Source: Desulfovibrio sp.
GTDB lineage: Bacteria > Desulfobacterota > Desulfovibrionia > Desulfovibrionales > Desulfovibrionaceae
NCBI RefSeq assembly: GCF_019424165.1
Contig: NZ_JAHZAA010000007.1
Coordinates: 17,915 to 81,914 of the forward strand
Length of the DNA stretch: 64,000 nt
Reading direction: 5' to 3'
Both the position numbers and the translations under genes were made by a program. The notes under the pieces were generated by a model. The model worked only from the letters and a program-made list of their open reading frames with translations. It ran no database searches and was not told the origin of the DNA. This document shows positions 39,546 through 48,558 of the stretch, one piece after another. Each line of letters begins with the position of its first letter. The stretch's first letter is position 1.

Positions 39546-40991
39546 TCAAAAATAGTCTGAAAAATAGGGTTTGTCCGGCGGAATCAGCGCCTCAAGAGTC
39601 TTGAGCAGGTGATAGTCCATATCAATGCGGTCATTGTTATAGAGATATGTCGGCCGCTTGTACCCCATAAACATAGTGGTCAGTGTCTGGATATCCAGAC
39701 CGATGCGGTGGCCTGAACGGAATGTGGAGACCTGCTCGCAAACGGCCTCTCCCTCCTGCCAGCTCATATGGAAGATGCCGTTATTCCAGGGGGCAATGGG
39801 GTCCCTGACTTCAAATTCCAGCGTAAGCCTGGGGTCGCTGAACTGGTAGGGGTAAAATTCCATAAAACGCTGCACGTCCACTATGCGGGCCATGCCGTAA
39901 GGCTGGATGGTCTCGTCAATCTCACTGTCTTCAAACTGAAAGGCAATGGCCTCGCCCGTGTAGTTGACGCCCTCGACCCTGGTAATCATGGAAAAATGCG
40001 CGCTGATGTAGTTCCAGATGCCGGACTTGGCCTCCTGATTCAGGTAGACCATCTCCTTGATGCTGAAAACTTCGTTTTCAATGTAGTACACAACGTAGCC
40101 CAGCGGCTTGCGGTCAGCGCCGTAGTACACCGCCGCCATAACGTCATCCGAATCCCATCGCCAGTATTCTTCCCACTCCAGTGCGCCGCGTATGAGCGCG
40201 CCGTGCTCTTGCAGGGCAAAATATTTGTAGACCCTGTGCAGGTCTTCATTTTCGATATCCACACGTTCTATCAGGCCATCCACGGCCCGCCGCGCCGGAA
40301 GCTGGGTATCCTTGATGGTGAACGTCATCTTGTCCGAAACAATTTCCCAGCCATGTTTGCGATACAGGGGAATGGAATAGGGGCAAAGGTAGGAAATGAT
40401 CTGCTGCTCTGCGCGCATGTGCTCGAGGCTCTTGCCCAGAAGCGAATGGATGAGGCCGCGTCCCGTATATTCGGGATAGGTAGCCACCCCCGTAATGCCG
40501 CCCATCTTGCATATTTCGCCCTGCACGTTCACTTCCATCGGATAGATGACGATCTGCGAAGCCAGGCGGCCCTTATAAAACCAGCCCATCACGTGCGAAG
40601 CTTCAAAAATGGGCTTTTTGGACTGTTTCATCTCTTTTTCCGACCAGCCGATGCGGGCCATCTCGGACGAGCTTACCTGAAAAGCATAGCGCAACAGCGC
40701 CTCGAACTGTTCAAAATCTTCCTTGCCGAGCTGCCGGAATTCAAAGGCGTCATGAAGGCCGGGGCCTGGCTGCTGGCCTTCACCCACAGCATTGGCGGCA
40801 TCGGCCTTTCCGCGGGCTTCCGCGGCCAGAGCCGCGCGGCGGGCCTCAAGCCCCCGTTCGCGGCGGCTGCCGGGAACCAGCGGCGCACCGCTGCTTTTGT
40901 TGGGGGCAGCGCCCGCAGTACGGAACGGATGAGGTTCAAGACGGGGGCCGTCAAGGGGCGGCACGTGTTGCTGCTTGTGTAAAATTCGCAT
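39546..40991 (-). CDS. Eis-family GNAT acetyltransferase with C-terminal SCP2-like domain
   Basis: ITGVATYPEYTGRGL acetyl-CoA motif, YRKHGWE, MARIVDV, D..APWNNG, YFSDYF C-terminus. Confidence 0.88.
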   Translation of the reverse strand: MRILHKQQHVPPLDGPRLEPHPFRTAGAAPNKSSGAPLVPGSRRERGLEARRAALAAEARGKADAANAVGEGQQPGPGLHDAFEFRQLGKEDFEQFEALLRYAFQVSSSEMARIGWSEKEMKQSKKPIFEASHVMGWFYKGRLASQIVIYPMEVNVQGEICKMGGITGVATYPEYTGRGLIHSLLGKSLEHMRAEQQIISYLCPYSIPLYRKHGWEIVSDKMTFTIKDTQLPARRAVDGLIERVDIENEDLHRVYKYFALQEHGALIRGALEWEEYWRWDSDDVMAAVYYGADRKPLGYVVYYIENEVFSIKEMVYLNQEAKSGIWNYISAHFSMITRVEGVNYTGEAIAFQFEDSEIDETIQPYGMARIVDVQRFMEFYPYQFSDPRLTLEFEVRDPIAPWNNGIFHMSWQEGEAVCEQVSTFRSGHRIGLDIQTLTTMFMGYKRPTYLYNNDRIDMDYHLLKTLEALIPPDKPYFSDYF

Positions 40992-41242
40992 GTCCGAATG
41001 TCCCGGTAAAGACTATGCATGAAACCGGCCGGTGTGGGCGCGGCCTGCCGCGGGTTCCGGCCGGAAAAATACGGCAAATGTATAACGGCGCTTATGCCCG
41101 CTGTAACGCGCCGGGCATTTTTTCGCAAGGCATGAGCAAGAGGGGTGGCGGCAGAAAAATGAAAATACTGGCTTCAGTTCATCGCGCAGGCGGCAGAGAC
41201 ACTACTTGCGAGCACAGCATCAACGCAGCGTAATGCTGCAAA

Positions 41243-42103
41243 TCAGACAGGCAGCCCCATTTTTATGCGGCGCTCACGCAGGTCATCCAGCACGCCAATG
41301 CCCACACGCAGGCCGCCGTAGCCACGCCCAAGCTGAATGGCGGGCTTGTTGACGCCGTGATAGTCCGACCCGCCGCTGATGCCGAGGTCAAAGCGCCTGG
41401 CCAGGGCCAGACATGTGCGCACATCCGCTTCTGAATGCTCGCTGTGCCACGCTTCAATGGCGTTCAGGCCGCAATCCTTGAGGCGTGCTACCTGCGCTTC
41501 AAGCCAGCCGGTCGGCGCTTTCCACAGCAGGGGATGCGCCAGGCTCACTGTAGCGCCAAGGTCTGCCAGCAGCCGCACGATTTCCTCCGGCTCCAGCACT
41601 TCTTTGGGCAGATAGGCCTTGCCGTGGTTGCCCAGATATTCCTTGAACACTTCGCGTATGTTTTTGGCGTAGCCCTTGCGCAGCAGCACATCGGCAATGT
41701 GGGGCCGCCCCACGCTTTCGCCCATGGCCGCAGCCAGCACTTCCTCCATGCTGACATCCAGCCCGAGGTCTTGCAGCTTGCGCACAATGCCCTCATTGCG
41801 CTCACCGCGCTTTTCACGCAAAAAGGCAAGCTGTTGCAACAGGGCGTCGGGCTGTTCGGGCAGCCACAGGCCCAGAATATGCAATTCGCCCAGTTCTGTG
41901 TTTGTGGAAATTTCGCAACCGCGTATGAGTTCCACCCCCAGCTCACGCCCGGCGGCAGCGGCCTCGTCCAGACCGGCAAGCGTATCATGGTCTGTCACGG
42001 CAACAGCTTTAAGGCCCGCCTCAGCGGCTTTGGCCATCAATTGCGCCGGAGAGTCAGTACCGTCGGACGCCCTGGTGTGGGTATGCAGATCAACCAGTTC
42101 CAT
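41243..42103 (-). CDS. PHP-domain phosphoesterase (TrpH/YciV-like)
   Basis: DLHTHTRASDG, TDHD, HILG, GRPHIA, AHP, GGSDYHG. Confidence 0.92.
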   Translation of the reverse strand: MELVDLHTHTRASDGTDSPAQLMAKAAEAGLKAVAVTDHDTLAGLDEAAAAGRELGVELIRGCEISTNTELGELHILGLWLPEQPDALLQQLAFLREKRGERNEGIVRKLQDLGLDVSMEEVLAAAMGESVGRPHIADVLLRKGYAKNIREVFKEYLGNHGKAYLPKEVLEPEEIVRLLADLGATVSLAHPLLWKAPTGWLEAQVARLKDCGLNAIEAWHSEHSEADVRTCLALARRFDLGISGGSDYHGVNKPAIQLGRGYGGLRVGIGVLDDLRERRIKMGLPV

Positions 42104-42236
42104 AAAATACTACCTTGAGGGATGACTGTTATTGATAGCGCAAAATATCAATAGGGTGCAAGCCTTGAACTGAGGGGGGCATCACGTTACACTGTCGGGC
42201 CATAACGAACCAAGCCCATATGAAAAGGGAATACAT

Positions 42237-42458
42237 ATGCCCATCAATACAGAAGAACTTTTGCGTATCCTGGCCTGCCCCAAATGCCTTGGCAGCCTCA
42301 CGGCCCTGGAAGAAAATACAGCCGTGGCAGGCTTTGCCTGCGCAGCCTGTCAGGTGGTATACCCCGTGCGGGAAGACATCCCCGTCATGCTGGTGGAAGA
42401 AGCCGAAGACAGGCCCACCTGGAACGCCCGCCACCCTGAGGCAAGGGAGCGCTCCTGA
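42237..42458 (+). CDS. Trm112-family protein
   Basis: LLRILACPKC...C..C..VYPVREDIPVML. Confidence 0.88.
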   Translation: MPINTEELLRILACPKCLGSLTALEENTAVAGFACAACQVVYPVREDIPVMLVEEAEDRPTWNARHPEARERS

Positions 42459-43024
42459 TGCGTCTGCTTATTGCCTCGGACCTGCACGGCTCCATTGAAA
42501 GCCTGCGCTTTCTGATAGAAAAAGCCCGACAGACAGAACCCCACCTGCTGGTGCTTCTGGGCGACCTTGTTTATCACGGTCCGCGCAACCCCCTGCCCCA
42601 GGGGTATGACACCCCCTCTGTTCTGCGCGAAATGCCCGATCTTTCGTCCCTGCCCTGTCCGGTCAGCGCCGTACGCGGTAACTGCGATGCCGAGGTGGAT
42701 CTGACCCTTCTGCCCTTTCCCGTGGCCGAAACCGCATGGCTTGAAGCTGACGGGCTGCATATTTTCGCCAGCCACGGGCATCATCTGCCGGAAAATCCGC
42801 CCTGCCCCGGTCTGAAGCCCGGCACGGTCATTCTGCGCGGGCATACCCACATCCCCAGGGGAGAAACCCTGGACGGCCTGCACTTCTGGAATCCCGGCTC
42901 CCTCTCGCTGCCCAAGGGCGGCTCGCCGCGCAGCTACGGCTTTTATGAGGACGGCGTTTTTCGCGTACTGGACATGCAGGACCACGAAGTGCTCCGTCAC
43001 GCCCCGGCCGCCAGCAAGGCATAA
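42458..43024 (+). CDS. yfcE: YfcE-like metallophosphodiesterase
   Basis: SDLHG, GDLVYHGPRNPLP, RGNCDAEVD, SHGH, GHTH, NPGS. Confidence 0.9.
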   Translation: MRLLIASDLHGSIESLRFLIEKARQTEPHLLVLLGDLVYHGPRNPLPQGYDTPSVLREMPDLSSLPCPVSAVRGNCDAEVDLTLLPFPVAETAWLEADGLHIFASHGHHLPENPPCPGLKPGTVILRGHTHIPRGETLDGLHFWNPGSLSLPKGGSPRSYGFYEDGVFRVLDMQDHEVLRHAPAASKA

Positions 43025-43089
43025 AACCTCCGCTCACGCCTTCAACCGGGGCAGCCCGGTACAACCCGCGTATAAGTACAGACAGTAAC

Positions 43090-43821
43090 ATGGCAGAAAA
43101 CCGCACCCCACGCTCCGCTCTTTTTTCTCTGGCCCCTGGCTACAGGCTTGTGCTGGCCTCGGCCTCACCCCGGCGGCGCCAGTTTCTCACCGAATGGGGC
43201 CTTTCCTTTGAGCTGACCAGCCCTGCCGGGGCAGAGCCTTCGCCCCGCCCCGGAGAATCGCCCGATGCCTATACGCGGCGCGCGGCCCTTGCCAAAGCCC
43301 ATGCGGCAGCCGGTCTTCTTGCCGGTCAGGGGCAATCTTTACTGCACGAAAAAAACATTATTCTGGCTGCCGATACCGTAGTCGCCGTGGACAGCGACAT
43401 TCTGGGCAAACCCCGCGACAGGCAGGATGCGCTGAACATGCTCACCCGTCTTTCCGGGCGCGGGCATGAAGTCATCAGCGCCGTCTGCCTGCTGCTGCCC
43501 GGCACACGACAGGCGGCAGCAGACGCAACGCAAACCGGCACGACGGGGAGCGCCACCTCCGAAACGGAAGAACTGGTGTTCAGCGACGCAAGCCGTGTTT
43601 TTTTCCATCCCTGGCCTGAATCTGTGCTGCGCGCCTATGTGGCCACAGACGAGCCGTGCGACAAAGCCGGAGCCTACGCCATTCAGGGGCAAGGGGCTTT
43701 TCTTGTGGACAGGGTGGAAGGCTCGTGGAGCACGGTTGTGGGCCTGCCCGTTACCCAACTGGCAGCCCTGCTGCTGCATCGCGGCCTCATGCTGCCCGGC
43801 GGCGGACCAGAGGCAGAGTAA
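43090..43821 (+). CDS. maf: Maf-family nucleoside triphosphate pyrophosphatase
   Basis: LASASPRR, AADTVV, GKP, DKAGAYAIQG, VVGLP. Confidence 0.92.
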   Translation: MAENRTPRSALFSLAPGYRLVLASASPRRRQFLTEWGLSFELTSPAGAEPSPRPGESPDAYTRRAALAKAHAAAGLLAGQGQSLLHEKNIILAADTVVAVDSDILGKPRDRQDALNMLTRLSGRGHEVISAVCLLLPGTRQAAADATQTGTTGSATSETEELVFSDASRVFFHPWPESVLRAYVATDEPCDKAGAYAIQGQGAFLVDRVEGSWSTVVGLPVTQLAALLLHRGLMLPGGGPEAE

Positions 43822-44470
43822 AAATCCGCGCACAGGAAGGCACGTATCCCGCAACAGGGCTGGACCACGCAAAATCCGTATACGACCGCGCACGGGACAG
43901 TTTTTTCTTTTGCCGGGCAGTTGGCTTACCTGCCCTTTTTACGCCGGACAAGGCAGCCCGGCATTGGCGTACCCTCGAACACCTGACGCCATGCAGGTGT
44001 GTTGCCATCAAGATGTCTGCCATGCCCCACATTGCCGCTGCGCTGCTCCCGCCGGACGCAAACACTGCCCGTCATCCCAGTCCCGTATCCCGATCCGCAT
44101 CGCGGCCCATATCGCGGGGCATTCCCGCCCGCATACCGGCCAAACCCCGGACGCCCCTGTCACTGCCGGCGTGTCCCATCCGCAATGAGACCGACCGGCT
44201 TTGGCCCCCGGCCAGCCTGCAAAAACCACAGTGCACGCCCATCATCCCCTTCCCGGCCACCCTGCGCTGCAACTTCCCGGCTTCCTCCCACCTGAACCTC
44301 CTGCTCCTGGCCAGGCCCTTCAGACCATCCGGGCAACGCACTCCGCCCCACCGCACTGCCTAACGGCACAATGCTCCACGGTGCACGGAGTAAAATACTA
44401 TTTTCCGCATAAAAGGTTTTGCCCGCTTTCACGTGTCTGCTTTAAAAAGTTATATTTTTTTGCCCCCATA

Positions 44471-44563
44471 TTGTGAAAAAAATCTTCAATTGTAACGGCG
44501 TTACAATCAGCCAGCCTCCGTAAAAAATATCAAATTTTTGCAATATTGATATTTTTTTCACAA
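44471..44563. promoter_or_regulatory. nested palindromic operator region upstream of acs (Rex-like boxes plus a 9-1-9 palindrome)
   Basis: 13-bp IR at 44471-44483/44551-44563, ATTGTAACG-G-CGTTACAAT at 44489-44507, 11-bp IR at 44523-44533/44546-44556. Confidence 0.6.
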
Positions 44564-44686
44564 CTATGACTGAAAGCACAAACAGGTACTTGCCTCTTGA
44601 CGGTTATTTAAAATCTCTTTACGCATGTATCATGGCAAAGTCTTAACTTTTCATTTTACTGTTTTATGCATTATGGAGGCTGGATC

Positions 44687-46735
44687 ATGTCTCAGGAACG
44701 GATCACGACACTGTTGAATGAAAATCGCAGCTATCTTCCACCAGAGCACGGCAAGACGTCTGCCTGGGTTTGCGGCCCGGAAGAGTATAACGCACTATGC
44801 CGCCGCGCTCTGGAAGACCCCAATGACTTTTGGGGAGCGCGAGCATCGCAGTTGATCCATTGGTTCAAACGCTGGGACAAAGTACTGGAAGCTGATGAAG
44901 CAAACCATAAATACCAGTGGTTTACCGGTGGAAAACTCAATGCTTCCTTTAACTGCATCGACAGACACCTGATTTCGGGCAGACGCAACAAGGCTGCCCT
45001 TATCTGGCAAGGCGAAAAAGAAACAGATGTGCGCTGCTACACCTATCAGATGCTTTATACAGAGGTCTGCCGTGTAGCACATGCCATGAGCTCACTTCGC
45101 ATACGCAAAGGCGACCATGTTGCCCTGTATATGCCAATGATACCTGAGCTTTTTATTGCCATGCTGGCCTGCGCCCGCATAGGCGCCATACACACGGCCA
45201 TCTTTTCCGGCTATGCGGAAGGGGGCGTGCGCAGCCGCATACAGGGCTGCAAGGCGCGCGTGGTCATCACGGCCGATGCGGCTGTGCGCGGCGGCAAGTT
45301 CAAACCCCTCAAGGCCAACCTTGACCCCATACTGGAAAAATGCCCCTCTGTGGCCCATGTGGTGGTGGTCAGGCATGCGGGGCTTGAAAACGTCAACATG
45401 CAACGCAACCGCGATATCTGGTGGCATGACCTTATTGACGATTTTACCCTTAACCCCGACTTTCCCTGCGAACCTATGGATGCCAACGATACGCTCTTTC
45501 TGCTGCACACCAGCGGGAGTACGGGCAAGCCCACAGGGGTGATGCATTCCACGGGCGGCTACCTGACCTATGCGGCTCACACCACACAGTGGTGCTTCGA
45601 CATGCGCGATGACGACGTATACTGGTGCACAGCCGACGCCGGATGGATTACCGGGCACACCTACGGCGTATACGGTCCGCTGGCCCTGGGGGCCACCACC
45701 CTCATGTTCGAGGGCATACCCACATGGCCCTATCCGGACAGGTACTGGCGCATTGTGGAAAACTTCCGCGTCAACATCCTTTATACAGCGCCCACGGTCG
45801 TCCGTTCTCTCATGCGGATGAACGAAGCGTGGACAGAGCGTTACGACCTGCGCAGCCTGCGCATTCTCGGCAGCGTGGGCGAACCCATCAATCCTGAAGC
45901 CTGGCACTGGTACCACAAACATATCGGCGGCAGCGAACTGCCCATAGTGGATACGTGGTGGCAGACGGAAACCGGCGGCGCCATGATCGCTCCCATGCCC
46001 TACGCCACAAAGCTCAAACCCGGCTCCGCCTCAAAGCCGCTGCCCGGCATTGACGCCACCGTTATGGGCTCGGCCGCGCGCGACGGCGAAGAACCCGAGG
46101 CAGACTGCAAGGCGGGCCACCTTGTGATCCGTCGCCCTTGGCCGGGCATGATGCAGGGGGTTTTCAATGATGAAGAAAAGTACCAATCCTACTTTTCGCG
46201 CTTCGGCTGCTATTCTTCGGGCGACGCCGCCGAAATCGACCAGGACGGCTACTTCTGGATACTTGGCCGCATTGACGATTCCATCAACGTTTCCGGCCAC
46301 CGCCTTTCCACCGCCGAAATAGAGGCAGTGCTGGCCGCCTGCCCCGAGGTGGGCGAAGCCGCCGTGGTTCCCATGCCCCACGCCCTTAAGGGAGAAGGCA
46401 TCTATGTGTACGTGGTCACGCGCGATGAGGTCCCCTGGAGCGCAGACCTGCGCGCCAAGCTGCGCGAGGCCGTGCGCAGGGATATCGGCGCTCTGGCGAC
46501 GCCGGAATATATACAGTTTGTGGAGGGCATGCCCAAAACCACATCCGGCAAGATCATACGCCGCATGCTGCGAAAAATAGCTGGCGACAGCTACGAGGAT
46601 ATCGGCGACACCACATCGCTGGCCGAACCCGATGTCATACCCAAAATCATCTCCGGCCACCGCAATCTCATGGCCGGACGTCATGAAATGGAAGACGCCC
46701 CTGAAGGGGAAAAAGCCGTCAAAGCAGACGCCTGA
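44687..46735 (+). CDS. acs: acetyl-CoA synthetase (acetate--CoA ligase)
   Basis: HTSGSTGKPTG, CTADAGWITGH, SVGEPINP, DTWWQTETG, GRIDD, PKTTSGKIIRR. RBS GGAGG. Confidence 0.93.
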   Translation: MSQERITTLLNENRSYLPPEHGKTSAWVCGPEEYNALCRRALEDPNDFWGARASQLIHWFKRWDKVLEADEANHKYQWFTGGKLNASFNCIDRHLISGRRNKAALIWQGEKETDVRCYTYQMLYTEVCRVAHAMSSLRIRKGDHVALYMPMIPELFIAMLACARIGAIHTAIFSGYAEGGVRSRIQGCKARVVITADAAVRGGKFKPLKANLDPILEKCPSVAHVVVVRHAGLENVNMQRNRDIWWHDLIDDFTLNPDFPCEPMDANDTLFLLHTSGSTGKPTGVMHSTGGYLTYAAHTTQWCFDMRDDDVYWCTADAGWITGHTYGVYGPLALGATTLMFEGIPTWPYPDRYWRIVENFRVNILYTAPTVVRSLMRMNEAWTERYDLRSLRILGSVGEPINPEAWHWYHKHIGGSELPIVDTWWQTETGGAMIAPMPYATKLKPGSASKPLPGIDATVMGSAARDGEEPEADCKAGHLVIRRPWPGMMQGVFNDEEKYQSYFSRFGCYSSGDAAEIDQDGYFWILGRIDDSINVSGHRLSTAEIEAVLAACPEVGEAAVVPMPHALKGEGIYVYVVTRDEVPWSADLRAKLREAVRRDIGALATPEYIQFVEGMPKTTSGKIIRRMLRKIAGDSYEDIGDTTSLAEPDVIPKIISGHRNLMAGRHEMEDAPEGEKAVKADA

Positions 46736-46873
46736 CCGATAATACTGCGATAATACTGCAAAGATCTGAGGCCGGAACGCTGTGCGCTCCGGCCTCAGAT
46801 CTTTGGCATGATACTACGGCGCTGCCCTCATATCCGGCAGCACCCGCCTGTTTCAGGCTCCTGGAAAGCAGGC

Positions 46874-47374
46874 CTACAGGGCCTTGCCCCCGGCCAGCCC
46901 GGACAAAAGACACAGGCTGCCCGCGCCAAGCATGGTGCGTACCTCAAATTTACGCGGGCTGACGCCCATAATCTTGGTTTTGCTGTTGCCCTTGCCCAAG
47001 GCCTGCAAAAAACCGGGAAGGCGCACGTCTCCCAACATGTCTCCGTATCCGCGGCTCTCTTTTTTGCGACCTTTGCCTTTGCCCTGCGCAGCGGCGAAAC
47101 GCGCGCGTCTTTCGGCTCTCCGCGCCGCGGCGGCCTCGGCCCTGGGCGTCAGAAGCCCCGGAATTTTTTCTTCCAGCCGCAGACAGACGGCGGCAAAGTC
47201 CGTACCGGAATCCATAATCAGCAGCAAGGATTCCGTACCGGGGCGCACTTCGCAAACGCCCGCCTCATCCAGCAGCAAGACTCGTGCAGTCTCACGCGCG
47301 TCAGCATCGGCCAGAGCCGGATGGCGCAACCGTGCCCTGCCTTCCATCAGATGTGCAACATATGGTCGCTGCAT
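46874..47374 (-). CDS. HMA2-like domain hypothetical protein
   Basis: YVAHLMEGRARLRHPAL...GTESLLL resembles the protein at 50690-50977. RBS AAGGAG. Divergent from feoA. Confidence 0.65.
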   Translation of the reverse strand: MQRPYVAHLMEGRARLRHPALADADARETARVLLLDEAGVCEVRPGTESLLLIMDSGTDFAAVCLRLEEKIPGLLTPRAEAAAARRAERRARFAAAQGKGKGRKKESRGYGDMLGDVRLPGFLQALGKGNSKTKIMGVSPRKFEVRTMLGAGSLCLLSGLAGGKAL

Positions 47375-47412
47375 GCTCTCTCCTTGGCGAATACGGGGCT
47401 TAAGAACTCCGG

Positions 47413-47463
47413 TTGAAATTGACTTTCTTTTCTCTTGACACGTCTGCCTATTGGGAGCAAGAT
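47413..47463 (+). promoter_or_regulatory. Fur-like box plus sigma70 promoter for the feoA operon
   Basis: TTGAAATTGACTTTCTTTT at 47413-47431, then TTGACA(47435)-17nt-CAAGAT(47458). Confidence 0.5.
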
Positions 47464-47584
47464 CGCTGTCAAGCCTGAAAAAACGCCATATGGCGCAAGC
47501 GCCGCATCAGGTTGCGGCATGAGCCTGTGGCCTGAATGGTATTCAGATGCATTACCCGGTAATGCTAAAAAAGAGAGAACACGC

Positions 47585-47833
47585 ATGAGCCAGATTGTCA
47601 ATCTGCGTCAGATGCAGGTAGGCCAGAAGGGCAGAATTGCCGCTGTAGAAGCCCTTGGTGAAATGAACCGCCGCATTCGCGACATGGGGCTCATCCCCGG
47701 AACAACAGTTTCTGTCGTCGGGCGGGCTCCCCTCAAAGATCCCGTAGCCCTGCGCCTTTCCGGGGTGACCATTTCCCTGCGCAACAGCGAAGCGGATTAC
47801 ATCAAGGTTGATCTGACGGCCTCCGGCAACTAA
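47585..47833 (+). CDS. feoA: ferrous iron transport protein A
   Basis: RRIRDMGLIPGT..V..RAPLKDP......ISLRNSEA SH3-like FeoA signature. Confidence 0.92.
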   Translation: MSQIVNLRQMQVGQKGRIAAVEALGEMNRRIRDMGLIPGTTVSVVGRAPLKDPVALRLSGVTISLRNSEADYIKVDLTASGN

Positions 47834-48093
47834 CAGCCATCCCACACGGCGCTTCTGAGAAGCCGGGCCTCCGGTCATGCTGTAAAATATGGCTGAAACC
47901 GCGCCCGGCGGCTGCGAAGCCCATCGCAAGCGACCGCATTTTTCGGTCGTTTACAGACTTTTCATCGGACTTCTTTTATTATACTGTTTTTCTGCCTGCC
48001 GTATTTTTCGGCAAGGACACGAGCGATATCCGAGGGGCGGCCACCTGCCCGTCGGGAAATACGGCATAGTGCAAACACGTAAAGGAGTTAGTT

Positions 48094-48348
48094 ATGAATA
48101 GCGGTTTTAAATGCGGCCTGTGGTTCCTGGGCGGCCTGATCGTCGGCGCTGTAGGTGTTGCTGCCGCAAATCGCGGCAAGGTCGACTTCAAGCCTTTGGC
48201 TACTGACCTTATCAGCCGCGGCATTGACGTCAAAGACGCCCTGCTTACCAAGGTTGAAGCCCTCAAGGAAGATGTGGAAGACCTCACCGCCGAAGCACGC
48301 CTGGCCTCTGAAAAACGCAAGGCCGGCAAGGACGCTGCTGAAGCTTAA
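48094..48348 (+). CDS. small membrane-anchored coiled-coil protein associated with the P1B ATPase
   Basis: RBS AAGGAG, N-terminal FLGGLIVGAVG TM, KEDVEDLTAEAR helix. Confidence 0.8.
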   Translation: MNSGFKCGLWFLGGLIVGAVGVAAANRGKVDFKPLATDLISRGIDVKDALLTKVEALKEDVEDLTAEARLASEKRKAGKDAAEA

Positions 48349-48558
48349 CGCAATCGGCCTTGCCTCCGGTAAGGCGTTTGCCCTGCGCGGACTTACGTCC
48401 GCGCACTTTATTACTGTTTGACAGAAATACCCGGTCAAAAACGCCCGACGCGCCCCGGCCTGTCCGGCTCCCTTCAGGCGATGCCGCCCCTTCTTCGGGC
48501 GATGGCCACACACCCCGCGGTTTGCAGTCTTTGCTTTATTTATGGAACAGGAGCGCGC

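Noticed and set aside
43822..44400. Short ORFs in the maf-acs gap
   Set aside because: Pro/Arg-rich, with no RBS or motifs. Consistent with chance ORFs in GC-rich non-coding DNA.
46874..47374. Pseudogene call for the divergent HMA2-like gene, which ends right after one hydrophobic stretch
   Set aside because: Truncation cannot be shown without homologue alignment, so it was kept as a CDS.
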